Below, in pieces: positions 14,157 through 24,863 of a stretch of 64,000 bases of DNA. Position numbers and translations under genes: made by a program. The DNA is from Rhizophagus irregularis (taxonomy: Eukaryota). Under the pieces are notes generated by a model. The model had not been told where the DNA came from and searched no databases. It was given only the letters and a program-made list of their open reading frames with translations. The stretch spans positions 3,906,001 to 3,970,000 of the forward strand of contig NC_089430.1 of the NCBI RefSeq assembly GCF_026210795.1. Direction: 5' to 3'. How positions within the stretch are numbered: the first letter of the stretch is position 1; every line of letters begins with the position of its first letter.

Positions 14157-15872
14157 ATGTTTAGAAGATCAAAAATAGAAATGATAAGAGTGAAATATAT
14201 ATATATAGAGAGAGGAATCCGATTGAGATTCTGGATGGATATTCATAGCAATTTAACTAAAGCATATAATGGAATGGTACCATCAATGGAAAGCGAATAT
14301 AGAACACATAAAGAGGAACACGAATTAGGAACGGAAGAATTGGATGAATGTTTAAATTGTGAATTATGTTATCCAATAGTAAATGAACCAATAGTATTCA
14401 AGAAATTTTGGGACGCGTTATTTAAATTTGAAGATGCAATAATAATATACAATGACGTAACGATTAAGGGAGTATTAGATTTATTAAGTATGAATAATTC
14501 AGAAAGGGAAGATACAATACATAAAGGGAAATGTAGATTTTTGGAAAGAAATATAGAATTTTTAGGACATATAGTAGGAAATGATGGATTGAGGCCGGAC
14601 GATAAAAAGATAGAAAAGATAAAAGAAATGAAGGCACCGACAACGGTGAAAGAAGTAAGATCATTTTTAGGACTTTGTTCATATTACAGAAAATTTGTGA
14701 AGAATTTTTCAAAGATAGCAAGACCAATAAGCGACTTGAGAAAGAAAGGAGTACCTTTTATTTGGGGAAAAGAACAACAAGAAGCGTTTGAAAAATTGAA
14801 AGAAAAGTTAATACAATATCCAATATTACGACATCCAGATTGGAAGAAAGAATTTTTATTAATAACAGACGCATCGGGAAAAGGATTAGGCGCAGTATTA
14901 AGTCAAAAAGACGAAAAAGGAAAAGAAGTAGTAATAGCATATGCAAGTAGAAGTTTATTACCAGCAGAAGAAAATTACCCGATAACAGAATTGGAATGTT
15001 TAGGAATAGTTTGGGGAATTCAACATTTTCATAAGTATTTAATCGATAGAAAATTTAAAGTAATAACAGATCACAGTGCATTAAAAGGATTAATGAACGC
15101 AAAAATACCAAAAGGAAGAAGAGCAAGATGGGTAATGGAATTACAGCAATATAATTTCGAAGTAGTACGTAGGTCGGGAAAAGAAAATACGAACGCCGAC
15201 GCACTAAGTAGATTATTAAAGATAGTGGAGGAACAACCAGAAATAGTAATAATCGATGGAGTAGACGGATTGGGAAAAACAAGTATAGTACAAAATTTAA
15301 TTAAAGAATGGGAAGAACAAGGATTAAAAGTAAGATTCAATACTTATAAAAGAAGAAGAAAAGATAAAGATGAATTTCACGAATCAAAGATGGATACAGA
15401 ATGGAAATTCAGAAAAGAAGTAGTGGAACAAATAAATAGAAGAATGGTAGAATACGATGAAGATACAGATATAATAATTTTGGACAAATCACCATATTGT
15501 GAATATTATTACCAAAAGACGAAAAGTTTTGACAGAGGATTAATTACTCCACATGGAAATCATGAGATGGAAAAAGAGATATTCAGATTGAAGGAAACAA
15601 TAGATAAATCAATAGTGATATTTTTAGAAAAAGATGGCGACGTATGTTGGAAAAATTACATTGGAAGAGAAACAAAGAAAACGGAAAAATCATCATATCC
15701 AACATTAAGGAAGAATGAATATTTGGACATGGTTAAAATGTTTGAAGAAAATCAAAGTGTGTACAAAGATACCAAAAGATACAGTCGAGTAAAAGTTAAA
15801 AATGATGATAATAGCTGGAGAAAAGTATTTAAAGAGGTGGAAAAATGGAGAATGGTTAAAGAAATTTTATGA
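14157..15872 (+). CDS. 571-aa fusion: CxxCxxC N-terminal region + RT thumb/connection + Ty3/Gypsy RNase H + thymidylate/deoxynucleoside-kinase-like P-loop domain
   Basis: RT: KCRF..EFLGH, VRSFLGLCSYYRKFV. RNase H: ITDASG, AYASR, TELE, TDH, ADALSR. Kinase: IIDGVDGLGKT (Walker A), ILDKSPYCEYYYQ, IVIFLE..VCWK..GR. The start codon is uncertain. Confidence 0.85.
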   Translation: MFRRSKIEMIRVKYIYIERGIRLRFWMDIHSNLTKAYNGMVPSMESEYRTHKEEHELGTEELDECLNCELCYPIVNEPIVFKKFWDALFKFEDAIIIYNDVTIKGVLDLLSMNNSEREDTIHKGKCRFLERNIEFLGHIVGNDGLRPDDKKIEKIKEMKAPTTVKEVRSFLGLCSYYRKFVKNFSKIARPISDLRKKGVPFIWGKEQQEAFEKLKEKLIQYPILRHPDWKKEFLLITDASGKGLGAVLSQKDEKGKEVVIAYASRSLLPAEENYPITELECLGIVWGIQHFHKYLIDRKFKVITDHSALKGLMNAKIPKGRRARWVMELQQYNFEVVRRSGKENTNADALSRLLKIVEEQPEIVIIDGVDGLGKTSIVQNLIKEWEEQGLKVRFNTYKRRRKDKDEFHESKMDTEWKFRKEVVEQINRRMVEYDEDTDIIILDKSPYCEYYYQKTKSFDRGLITPHGNHEMEKEIFRLKETIDKSIVIFLEKDGDVCWKNYIGRETKKTEKSSYPTLRKNEYLDMVKMFEENQSVYKDTKRYSRVKVKNDDNSWRKVFKEVEKWRMVKEIL

Positions 15873-16010
15873 TCGGAGGGGATTTACACCAAAAATAGTA
15901 ATTAAAGGAAAAGAGGTATTCGATAAGACCCGAGTTCGATTCGATTAAAATTATTATGAATGAGACCCGAGTTCGATTCTTTTAAAGTTATTTGTGAGGT
16001 CACAAATAGC

Positions 16011-16024
16011 GAAGAGGGGGATAA
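16011..16024 (+). promoter_or_regulatory. Polypurine tract
   Basis: GAAGAGGGGGATAA directly before the 3' LTR. Confidence 0.85.
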
Positions 16025-17265
16025 TGTAAACGGCCGAATATCAAGCACGAAAAGATGATAAAACACCACCGCCAAATGTAATTATCAAGTATTAAGAACG
16101 AACAAATTAATCGTGGATTGGTGTGGATGGATAAATAATTAGCCGAAAAGGATAAACATTTAAGAAGAGTAATGATCTGCATGATGTAATATTTATTGAA
16201 TGATTGACAAAGAACCAATAGGATAAATAGAGTCGATCATTTGCGGCTTAGCGATCTTTAACAATGAGAACGATAAGAAAGAATAATTATAAGCCACAAA
16301 AGATAGATTATAAGCAAAACACATAAAGCGGATTAAAAGAATATATAAAATAATGTCGGAAAGATTAAAGAACACAAAATAATATAAAAGATAATATAAA
16401 AAGATGGCATAAAGATGGAACATAAAAGATAACATATCAAAAAGAACATATATAAAAAGATAACACAGCCACAAAAGATGAATTATATCTTTACGACATA
16501 ATATTTGAAAGATTATTTTAAAGAAAAGATAGCACAGCCATAAAAGATGGGTTATAAATTATTTCTTTACGATGTAATATTTGAATAATAGAAAAGATAA
16601 TATATAGAATAATATATAAGATAGCATATTAAAAGATAGCGTATTTAAAATATAGATAGCACATTAGAAAGATAGTTCAAAGATAATATGTAAAAAGAAC
16701 ATAAAAGATAGTTTATAGATAGAATAGAAAATAGCATAAGAATTGTATATATAGAGAACGGAATTCAAAGTAATTCCATAGTTCGCATCCACAGAACTCA
16801 ATAAAATATAAGTTTCATTTAATTATTTGTTAATGAAGTTTAATATTAATTAAAGGTAATAGGTTCGCCCTAAACTTTAATTAATGTTTGATTAATTAAT
16901 TTTAATTAATGAAAATTTAAGATGAATTAAATATATACCTTTGGAAGATAATAATTCGTAGCGAGAGCTATTGCAGTTTGAAATCGAAAGTGGATATAAA
17001 TTGAGGAAAATTCAGAGAAGTTAATTTTATTTTATACCGTTCAACGTTTTATATTACTAACGCTATTTATTTTGTGAACCAAGAATGTTGTTGTATATTG
17101 TTCGTTGATGTTGTTGTTCGTTAATTATGTTTTGATCACGTGTTTGTTCGTTTGATTGCTCGTTCGTTCGTTTGTTTGTTCGCTCATTCGTTCGTTCGAC
17201 CATGAGAATGCCCGTTCGATGTGGCAACCTTGTAAATTGATGACAGGGGGAATTGGGGGACCTCA
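16025..17265 (+). repeat. 3' LTR (1241 bp)
   Basis: TGTAAACGGCC...GGGGACCTCA. Confidence 0.97.
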
Positions 17266-17389
17266 GCGGGTTGACCTGAAATATTCAGATTAGGTCATCA
17301 AATTCATGACCTGATATGGGTCAGGTTCGTGCTAGTCAGTATCTGACTTGACCCATTGATCTGATATATATTTAAGTCAAATAAATTAA

Positions 17390-18590
17390 AAAATGCTGAA
17401 ACTAATAGTTCTGGCATTTTTGTATATAAAATCAAAAGAAAAACTGCCAGAATTAATGATTCTAACATTTTTACATGTAAAATCCAAAAAAATGCTAAAA
17501 CTAATAGTTTCAGCATTTTTACATGTAAAATCAGAAAGAAAAATGCTGGAACTAATAATTCTGGTGTTTTTACATGTAAAATCAAAAAAATGCTAAAACT
17601 AATAGTTTCAGCATTTTTACATGTAAAATTGAAAAAAAAGCTGAAACTAATGATTCCAGCATTTTTACATGTAAAATTGAAAAAAAAATGCTGAAATTAT
17701 CAGTTTCAGTGTTTACATGTAAAATTAAAAATAAAAATGCCAGAACTAATAATTCTGATATTTTTACATAATTACATGTAAAATCGAAAAAACTTTAAAA
17801 CTATCAGTTTTGGCGTTTTTATATGTAAAATCAAAAAAATGCTAAAACTATCAGTTTTGGCGTTTTTACATGTAAAATCAAAAAAAATGCCAAAACTATC
17901 AGTTTAGCGCTTTTATATGTAAAATCAAAAAGAAAAATGCCAGAACTAATAATTTCAGTGTTTTTACATGTAAAATTGAAAAAAAACTTCGAAACTATCA
18001 GTTTTAGCGTTTTTACATGTAAAATCAGAAAAAAAATGCTGGAACTAATAATTCTGGTGTTTTTACATGTAAAATCAAAAAAATGCTAAAACTAATAGTT
18101 TCAGCATTTTTACATGTAAAATTGAAAAAAAAGCTGAAACTAATGATTCCAGCATTTTTACATGTAAAATTGAAAAAAAAATGCTGAAATTATCAGTTTC
18201 AGTGTTTACATATAAAATTAAAAAGAAAAATGCCAGAACTAATAATTCCGATATTTTTACATAATTACATGTAAAATCGAAAAAAACTTTAAAACTATTA
18301 GTTTTGGCGTTTTTACATGTAAAATAAAAAAAAATGCTAAAACTATCAGTTTTAGCATTTTTATATGTAAAATCAAAAAGAAAAATGCCAGAACTAATAA
18401 TTCCAGTGTTTTTACATGTAAAATTGAAAAAAACTTTGAAACTATCAGTTTTAGCGTTTTTACATGTAAAATCAAAAAAAAATGCCAGAACTAATAATTC
18501 TGGCATTTTTACATGTAAAATTAAAAAAATGCTAAAACTAATAGTTTCAGCATTTTTATATATAAAACAAAAAATAAAATGCCAAAACCT
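17390..18590. repeat. Tandem array of ~48-50-bp units with ~494-bp higher-order repeat
   Basis: Each unit carries the palindrome TTTTACATGTAAAA; variant units recur at 17521/18015 and 17761/18254. Confidence 0.92.
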
Positions 18591-18856
18591 GACATTTTTC
18601 AATAAAAATTAAAAATGTCAGGCCTGACATTTTTTGTATAATTAATAAAAAAAAATGTTACAAAACATTTTTTTACTTGAAATATTCAGTTTAATAATAA
18701 AACTTCAGGTAATCTGAGTTACCTGAAGTGATCTGAATACTTTCAGGTCAAATAGGTCAGGTTAGGTCAGAATGGTTTACCCAACCTGATCTGACATGAA
18801 AAAAAATTTTAGTTCAGGTTAACCAGGTAACCCAACCTGATCCAACCTGTGCAGAA

Positions 18857-18988
18857 TAAAGATGTTAGCCGTAATTCAAAAAAGTGCCGTAACACAAAAT
18901 TTTTATATGCCGTAATTAATTAAGGCTATAAAAATCCTATAGCCGTAATTCAAAATTTTTTAAAAAATAATTAAGGCTAACATCTTTA
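18857..18988. mobile_element. 132-bp hAT-type MITE
   Basis: Perfect TIR TAAAGATGTTAGCC; 8-bp TSD GTGCAGAA. Confidence 0.9.
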
Positions 18989-19029
18989 GTGCAGAACTCT
19001 ATGAAAGATAACTTATCTTATATTATAAG

Positions 19030-20100
19030 TAAGGATGGTGCCGCAAATAAGCAATTGCAGAATAATTGCAATTTACGGTATTGCGGAACATTGCGGATTT
19101 TTAAACCTAAATATCTGCAATTTCGCAATCCGCAATTATCCGCAATTTCGCAAATATTCCGCAATTCTGCAATTCCGCAAAGTACCGCAATTCAATTGCG
19201 GAATAATTGCGGAATTGCGGAATATTTGCGAAATTGCAAAACATTTGCGGAATTGCGACTATTTGCAATTTTGCAATATTTTTTATTAAAGCAAAGCAAT
19301 CCCGAATATACTTTGAAAAACGTTTCACAACGTTTTTTCTTTAAATTAATTGAAAAAATGTTGCGAAACGTTTTTTTAATTATAAAATAGTTTGAAAAAA
19401 CGTTTCACAACATTTTTCTTTAAATTAATTGAAAAAATGTTGCGAAACATTTTTTTCAATTATAAAATACTTTGAAAAAACGTTTCGCAACGTTTTTTCT
19501 TTAAATTAATTGAAAAAACATTGCGAAACGTTTTTTCAATTATAAAATACTTTGAAAAAACATTTTGCAACGTTTTTTCTTTAAATTAATTGAAAAAATG
19601 TTGCAAAACATTTTTTTAATTATAAAATAGTTTGAAAAAACGTTTTGCAATGTTTTTTCTTTAAATTAATTGAAAAAATGTTGCGAAACGTTTTTTTCAA
19701 TTATAAAATACTTTGAAAAAACGTTTTGCAACGTTTTTTCTTTAAATTAATTGAAAAAACATTGCGAAACGTTTTTTTCAATTATAAATACTTTGAAAAA
19801 ATGTTTCGCAACATTTTTTCTTTAAATTAATTGAAAAAACGTTGTGAAACGTTTTTTTCAATTATAAAATACTTTGAAAAAACATTTTGCAACGTTTTTT
19901 CTTTAAATTAATTGAAAAAATGTTGCGAAACATTTTTTCCAATTATAAATACTTTGAAAAAACGTTTCGCAACATTTTTTCTTTAAATTAATTGAAAAAA
20001 TGTTGAGCAAACGTTTTTTTAATTAAAAGCACTTTAAAAAAATGTTTCGCAATATTTTTCATTAAATTAGTTAAAAAAATGTTGCATAAACGTTTTTTCT
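19030..20100. repeat. TTGCGGAATT-rich subterminal block followed by a ~80-bp tandem array (~10 units)
   Basis: From 19310, units contain the inverted pair AAAAAACGTTTCGCAAC / GTTGCGAAACGTTTTTT. Probably the left arm of a non-autonomous DNA transposon. Confidence 0.85.
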
Positions 20101-20136
20101 TATTAAATCGGTTCAGTAAACTAGTGCCAAAACCAT

Positions 20137-20347
20137 ACTTATAATAAAGTTTATTGTAAAAATTGGTTTTTTACTAATGATTTTTACTTTACTTTTTTTT
20201 TAAATTCTATTGGTTAATTAACTAAAAAGGAAAAAAATCATAACAATGTAATATAAAATTTTTTTTATAATAAGATTTGCAAAGAATTTTATATATAATT
20301 TTTACTTTAAGCTTAAGATAACCTATCTTATAAGTAAGCAGGATCTT
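20137..20347. mobile_element. Degenerate copy of Mutator-type MITE family B
   Basis: Aligns by eye to 22550-22773. Confidence 0.75.
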
Positions 20348-20917
20348 CTATATATATTGTGATTAAATAATATATTATTTTATTATTAAGACAATATTTA
20401 GAATTTTGATTAAGGATTAATTTGAAAAATTATGCATATTAACTCACAATTATCATTCAAATCTAAAAAATTTATAGTAATATCTTTTTCATATATAAAT
20501 ATGGAATTTGCTATTTATCGCTGACAGCGATTACTGCTGGTATTACGTGATTTTTTAATTTTGGCTGGAATTAAATAATTGATATAGAAATTGCCTTTTT
20601 TGGAATATTATGTATATACATAAAACTGATATTAGTTAATTTCGACTAATATTTCTCACGAGTTGAGTCAAGTTGATTTTTGAATCAATTTTTTATATGA
20701 TAAAATTTGTCCTATGCTAAATTTTATAATACTTTAACTATATTATTTATGCATTTTGAGTTGTATATGCATAATACTAATTTCGGCCTCTGAAATAGTC
20801 AAAATGGTCAAAATGGTCAAAATAATTTTGACTTAGGCCTTCCAAAAGTTAAAATGATCAAAATTACATTATAGTCATATGTACCCAAGATTTTACTATA
20901 GTTTTATTATAATTTCG

Positions 20918-21083
20918 GTAAGGTTTTGGCAGTTTTGGCATTTATAATAAGTTTCATCAGGTTTCACTTTTCTCCAGAGTTTCACTAACTTTTTAATAAA
21001 ACTTTCATATAGTTTCGGCAAAGTTTCACTATTTTAGCATTTCGCCAACTTGCCAAAACCTCCTAGTTTCTTCAGCAACCTTA
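20918..21083 (-). mobile_element. Partial inverted copy of hAT MITE family A
   Basis: Reverse complement of the 4040-4200 region, ending GCAACCTTA. Confidence 0.7.
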
Positions 21084-21090
21084 GTCATAT

Positions 21091-21460
21091 AATTTTATAG
21101 TAAACAATAATATTAAAATTCAAAGTTAACGAATTCCGCATCCAGTAATTCAATTTTTATAATTTTATACGGTTAGATTCGGCTCATTAAGAGGATTCCA
21201 ATGATATGTATTTCATATTTGTAGCATCAATATTGACAGAGTTATTCACATTTAAAATTTGGTATTAAATAGTCTTATAATTTTTATAGTAAACAATAAT
21301 TTTAAAATTCAAAGTTAATGATCTCTGCATCTAGTAATTCAATTTTTATGATCTTTATGTAGTTAGATTCAGCTCATCGAGAGGATTCTAATGATATATA
21401 TTTCGTATCTATAGCATCAATATTGACAGAGTTATTCACATTTAAAATTTTATATTAAAT
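21091..21460. repeat. 190-bp tandem dimer containing a GATTC..GA(G/A)..ATTC hairpin
   Basis: AATTTTATAGTAAACAATAAT recurs at 21091 and about 21281. Confidence 0.8.
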
Positions 21461-21984
21461 TATAATTATAAAAATCATATGACTATGATATAATCAACTT
21501 TTTACTCAAATATCCAAAAAAGGATATTTTAGCTGGAATTATAAATTTAGGATTTTTTATACTAAAAAAATTCTAAGTTTCTAGAATACATAGTAAAAAA
21601 ACAGATATTATTAAAAATTACATAATACCTAATACCAGTGATAATCGCCTTTTGCAATTTATAGCAATTTTATATAAATATAGTATAGGAATTCTAATAG
21701 TAGCAAATTACATATTCTTTGTATTTCTATTAATTTATCCTTATATTTTTCACAATTTAAAATTTTGATAATATTTTCAAAGTTATATTTTTTATCAATA
21801 TAATAACTATTTTAACATATTAGACTAACTTGTATCTTTAATAATTATATAGTCTTACTAATATAATATTTTAAAAGTAATTAGGTATGTTATAGTATAT
21901 ATTTATCTATATAACTGATTTTTTTTACTTTTATTTAAGTAGAAGTAAAATGCTTATTTTTCATATAAAATCAATTATTTACAA

Positions 21985-24066
21985 AATTTTTTTTTTTTTA
22001 AAAAAAAATTTTGTTTATTAATTATAACATATAGAAATATACAATATAGGTGAACTATACCACAAAATATACAGCAGATTGGTCAACCACTCCCGAAGTG
22101 CAATGAGAATGCATTAATAAATCTGGTGCAATGCACCTTCGCATTAAAAGAAAAGATGCAGGAAAAAACAAAACAAAAAAAAAGAATTCCACATACAAAA
22201 ACGAAAACAAAAAAAAATAAAATGTAAAAATAAGGAAACAGTCAGTAACAAAGCCACCCTACTACATCTACACTCCTAAAACTAAGATTATTTGACCATT
22301 CTTTTGAACTTATATCATGACGCTCCCAGTTTTCTAAGCATCAACCTTATTTCTGCTAAGATAGTAAGCTTGTCAATACCACCCAAAGCCTTATCTATAT
22401 TCTTGATTTTCTTGGCCACCTTTGTTTTCTTACTCGACTGATTGTTAGTATTAGTTGTTCGAACCTTAGAATCACCTTCTTGATTCATCTTCTGAAAGCG
22501 TCTACTTTTTTGCTTCAAGTTAGGGGCAAAGTATCTCATTCAATCACCAGGATCTCGCTTACTTATAATAAAGGTCACCATAGAAAATTGGCCCTTTACT
22601 AATAGTTTTTACCTTACTTTTTTCTTAAATTCTATTGGTTAATTAGCTAAAAAGGAAAAAAATCATAACAATGTAACATAAAATTTCCTTTTATAGTAAG
22701 ATTTGCAAAGAATTTTATATATGATTTTTACCTTAGGCCTGAGGGTAACCTATCTTATAAGTAAGCAGGGTCTTCAATCACCAGTAAATTCGTTCAAGCT
22801 AAATGGCTTACCAATGACCTTCTCCAAGTTAGCCCATGATTTATAGTAAAGTTATTAACTTGCGGGTGCCCTGATCTTGAATTAATTTAAATGCTTTACA
22901 CTAAGGCGTAAGAATAGAATGAGCGAGTTATCGAAATATGTTTACGAGGCGAGGCTCTTTTAATCGCAGCTTGAAATTGTTCCTATTCTAACTTTGCTTG
23001 AGATCCCAATTAGCCAGAAACTATCGTATGGGTAAACTTCTAAGTAGAGCTGTTCAAGCTCCATCATTCCATAGTTTTATTGCCTTTTAATTGAGTTCAA
23101 TCGAAACTGTTACAGTAACGTATTTCTGTTAAGATTTAAATTTAATCACAACTACTTAATCCCAAGCTTTAAGATGATTAAGCATATCAAGTTGAGACCA
23201 GGTGGAAGGGATATCATAAACCATAATTTCTCAGATAAGATTCTTATTTGTGAGCATATATCCAGTCATTACAGTACAAATCGTTTTAGGTAAAAGTGTA
23301 GCGGGTTGTTTCTTGTTAGTTTTAGAAAGACTTTGGCTATTATTAGCTTTTGAAATAGGCGCAGTTTTTCTCTTTTTTTTCTGTAGAAGGTAAAGGTGAG
23401 TTTGATCTGCTGACATCATCTTTCAGATCCGTTTAACCATGTCAGCATAGCGAAACTTGCTTTACTTAGGCGTAAAAGGCGTGGAGTGGCTTTTGCCAGG
23501 ATGGCGTGATTGTTCCTTTTGTTGTGCTGCAGCTATTGATTGGTGTTTGGGCGTATTTGGCGCTTCTAAAATTTCTATTTCTATCGGTTGATCCTCTATG
23601 ATTCAGATGCTGCTTCGGGTACATTTTGAAGGCGACGTCCATCTGTTATTTCACGAATTCTTTGCAAGCATTTTCCATCCTTTACTAACGCTGACTTGGA
23701 GAAAGTCAAAAGACTCATAAAAAATAAAGAGAAAGTGATATAAAGATTGCAAGTTACTGACACTGAAGGTTGAGAGGGCCTCATGATGTTCTATAAGTAA
23801 GTTGGTAAAGTGTTCGCTATCGCCTACGCTTTTTTCAACAGTTCGAGCGATAATTTCTTCAAATAAACTCAAGGAGCTATATTTTCTTAAGACGTGGCTA
23901 ACCGGTTCAAAGTAGAAAGCTCTATTTATAGCTGTTTTAAGGTCGCCGCTTTCAGGCAGAGCTTTGAAAATGTTTTGTTTTGACAAAAAGTTCATATTTT
24001 CAGAAAATTTTCCTTCAAAATTCCTATGGGAAAAAATAGTTTATGCGATCAGCAGAAAGAGTTCCC
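21985..24066 (-). mobile_element. Decayed ORF1-like, RT-less retroposon
   Basis: Poly-T at the left end; fragmented same-strand ORFs 23995-23651, 23419-23231 and 22539-22315 with basic/Q-N-rich stretches; no RT motifs; 5' end shares AACTCTTTC with the LINE at ~59030. Confidence 0.5.
22550..22773. mobile_element. 224-bp Mutator-type MITE (family B)
   Basis: TIR GGATCTCGCTTACTTATAA / TTATAAGTAAGCAGGGTCT; 10-bp TSD TCAATCACCA. Confidence 0.85.
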
Positions 24067-24715
24067 CTAATGTTTTCTTAACTCATTATTCACATAATTT
24101 AATTCTATTAGTTTTCCATTAATAAAATGATATACTTCAAAATCTTTTTATCATCAGAAGTACTATTATTTTTCAATATTTTTCAAACTTATTTTGCCAA
24201 TAATTTAGGTCTTTTTTTGTAATTTCTATAAGCTCATTGGATAATTATTGCATAAAAATTTTCAAAGTTATAATAATAGTATTTAAAAATTAAAAATCCT
24301 TAAAATCATAATATTATACTTTCTAAACTTTAGGAAAATACTTCATAGATTAAAAAATTTAGTTTACATATTTTTTATCTTATATAAATTGTACAGGTAA
24401 TATATTTTACAAATTTACTTAGTAATCATATATGCAAATTATATAACTATTTATTTTACAAAAAAAATTATATAAGTTATATAATTTATTAATATTAATA
24501 AAGCTAAACACTATATATATTGTATAAGTATTTTTTGAGACTATCTATTAATATAATAGGCTTTTATAGTAATAAAGGAGAAGTCAACTTATTTCTTTTT
24601 TTATATTTTTTTTGTATAATATTTTTTACTATAATTATTTTAATCTGTGTATAAATTTTATAGCTAGTTAAATAACTATCATAATTATATAATATTAATA
24701 AGAAATAATGTACAG

Positions 24716-24863
24716 TATTTACCGCACTCTGCGTTACAAATTTATATATATTTGTATGTTTATTATTTGCCATTTTAAGGGGGGTGCGGTGTATAAACTA
24801 AAGATCGATATAAACAATTTACAAAAAAGGAAGGATGCATTGTAACGCAGGGTGCGGTAAATA
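24716..24863. mobile_element. Small MITE
   Basis: TATTTACCGCACTCTGCGTTACAA versus TTGTAACGCAGGGTGCGGTAAATA. Confidence 0.7.

Larger units (their letters stand above)
11420..17265 (+). mobile_element. Ty3/Gypsy LTR retrotransposon, internally deleted, carrying a nucleotide-kinase domain
   Basis: Two 1241-bp TG..CA LTRs; 4-bp TSD GCGG (11416-11419 and 17266-17269); PBS; PPT; Gypsy-type RT-thumb and RNase H motifs. Confidence 0.96.
11377..19001. mobile_element. Non-autonomous hAT element hosting the LTR retrotransposon and a tandem array
   Basis: 8-bp TSD TGAAAGAT at 11369-11376 and 19002-19009; imperfect TIRs TAAAGCTCTAC / GCAGAACTCTA; subterminal ACCTGA/TCAGGT motifs. Confidence 0.75.
10999..19032. 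mobile_element. Mutator-type MITE (family B) split by nested insertions
   Basis: 10999-11148, 11331-11376 and 19010-19032 together reconstitute the 224-bp element seen intact at 22550-22773. Confidence 0.75.

Noticed and set aside
17390..18590. CRISPR-like appearance of regularly spaced palindromic repeats
   Set aside because: The intervening sequences are variants of one another rather than unique spacers, there are no cas genes, and the context is a eukaryotic TE.
17304..19390. ORFs of 67-175 aa in the tandem arrays
   Set aside because: Repetitive translations produced by the arrays on both strands.
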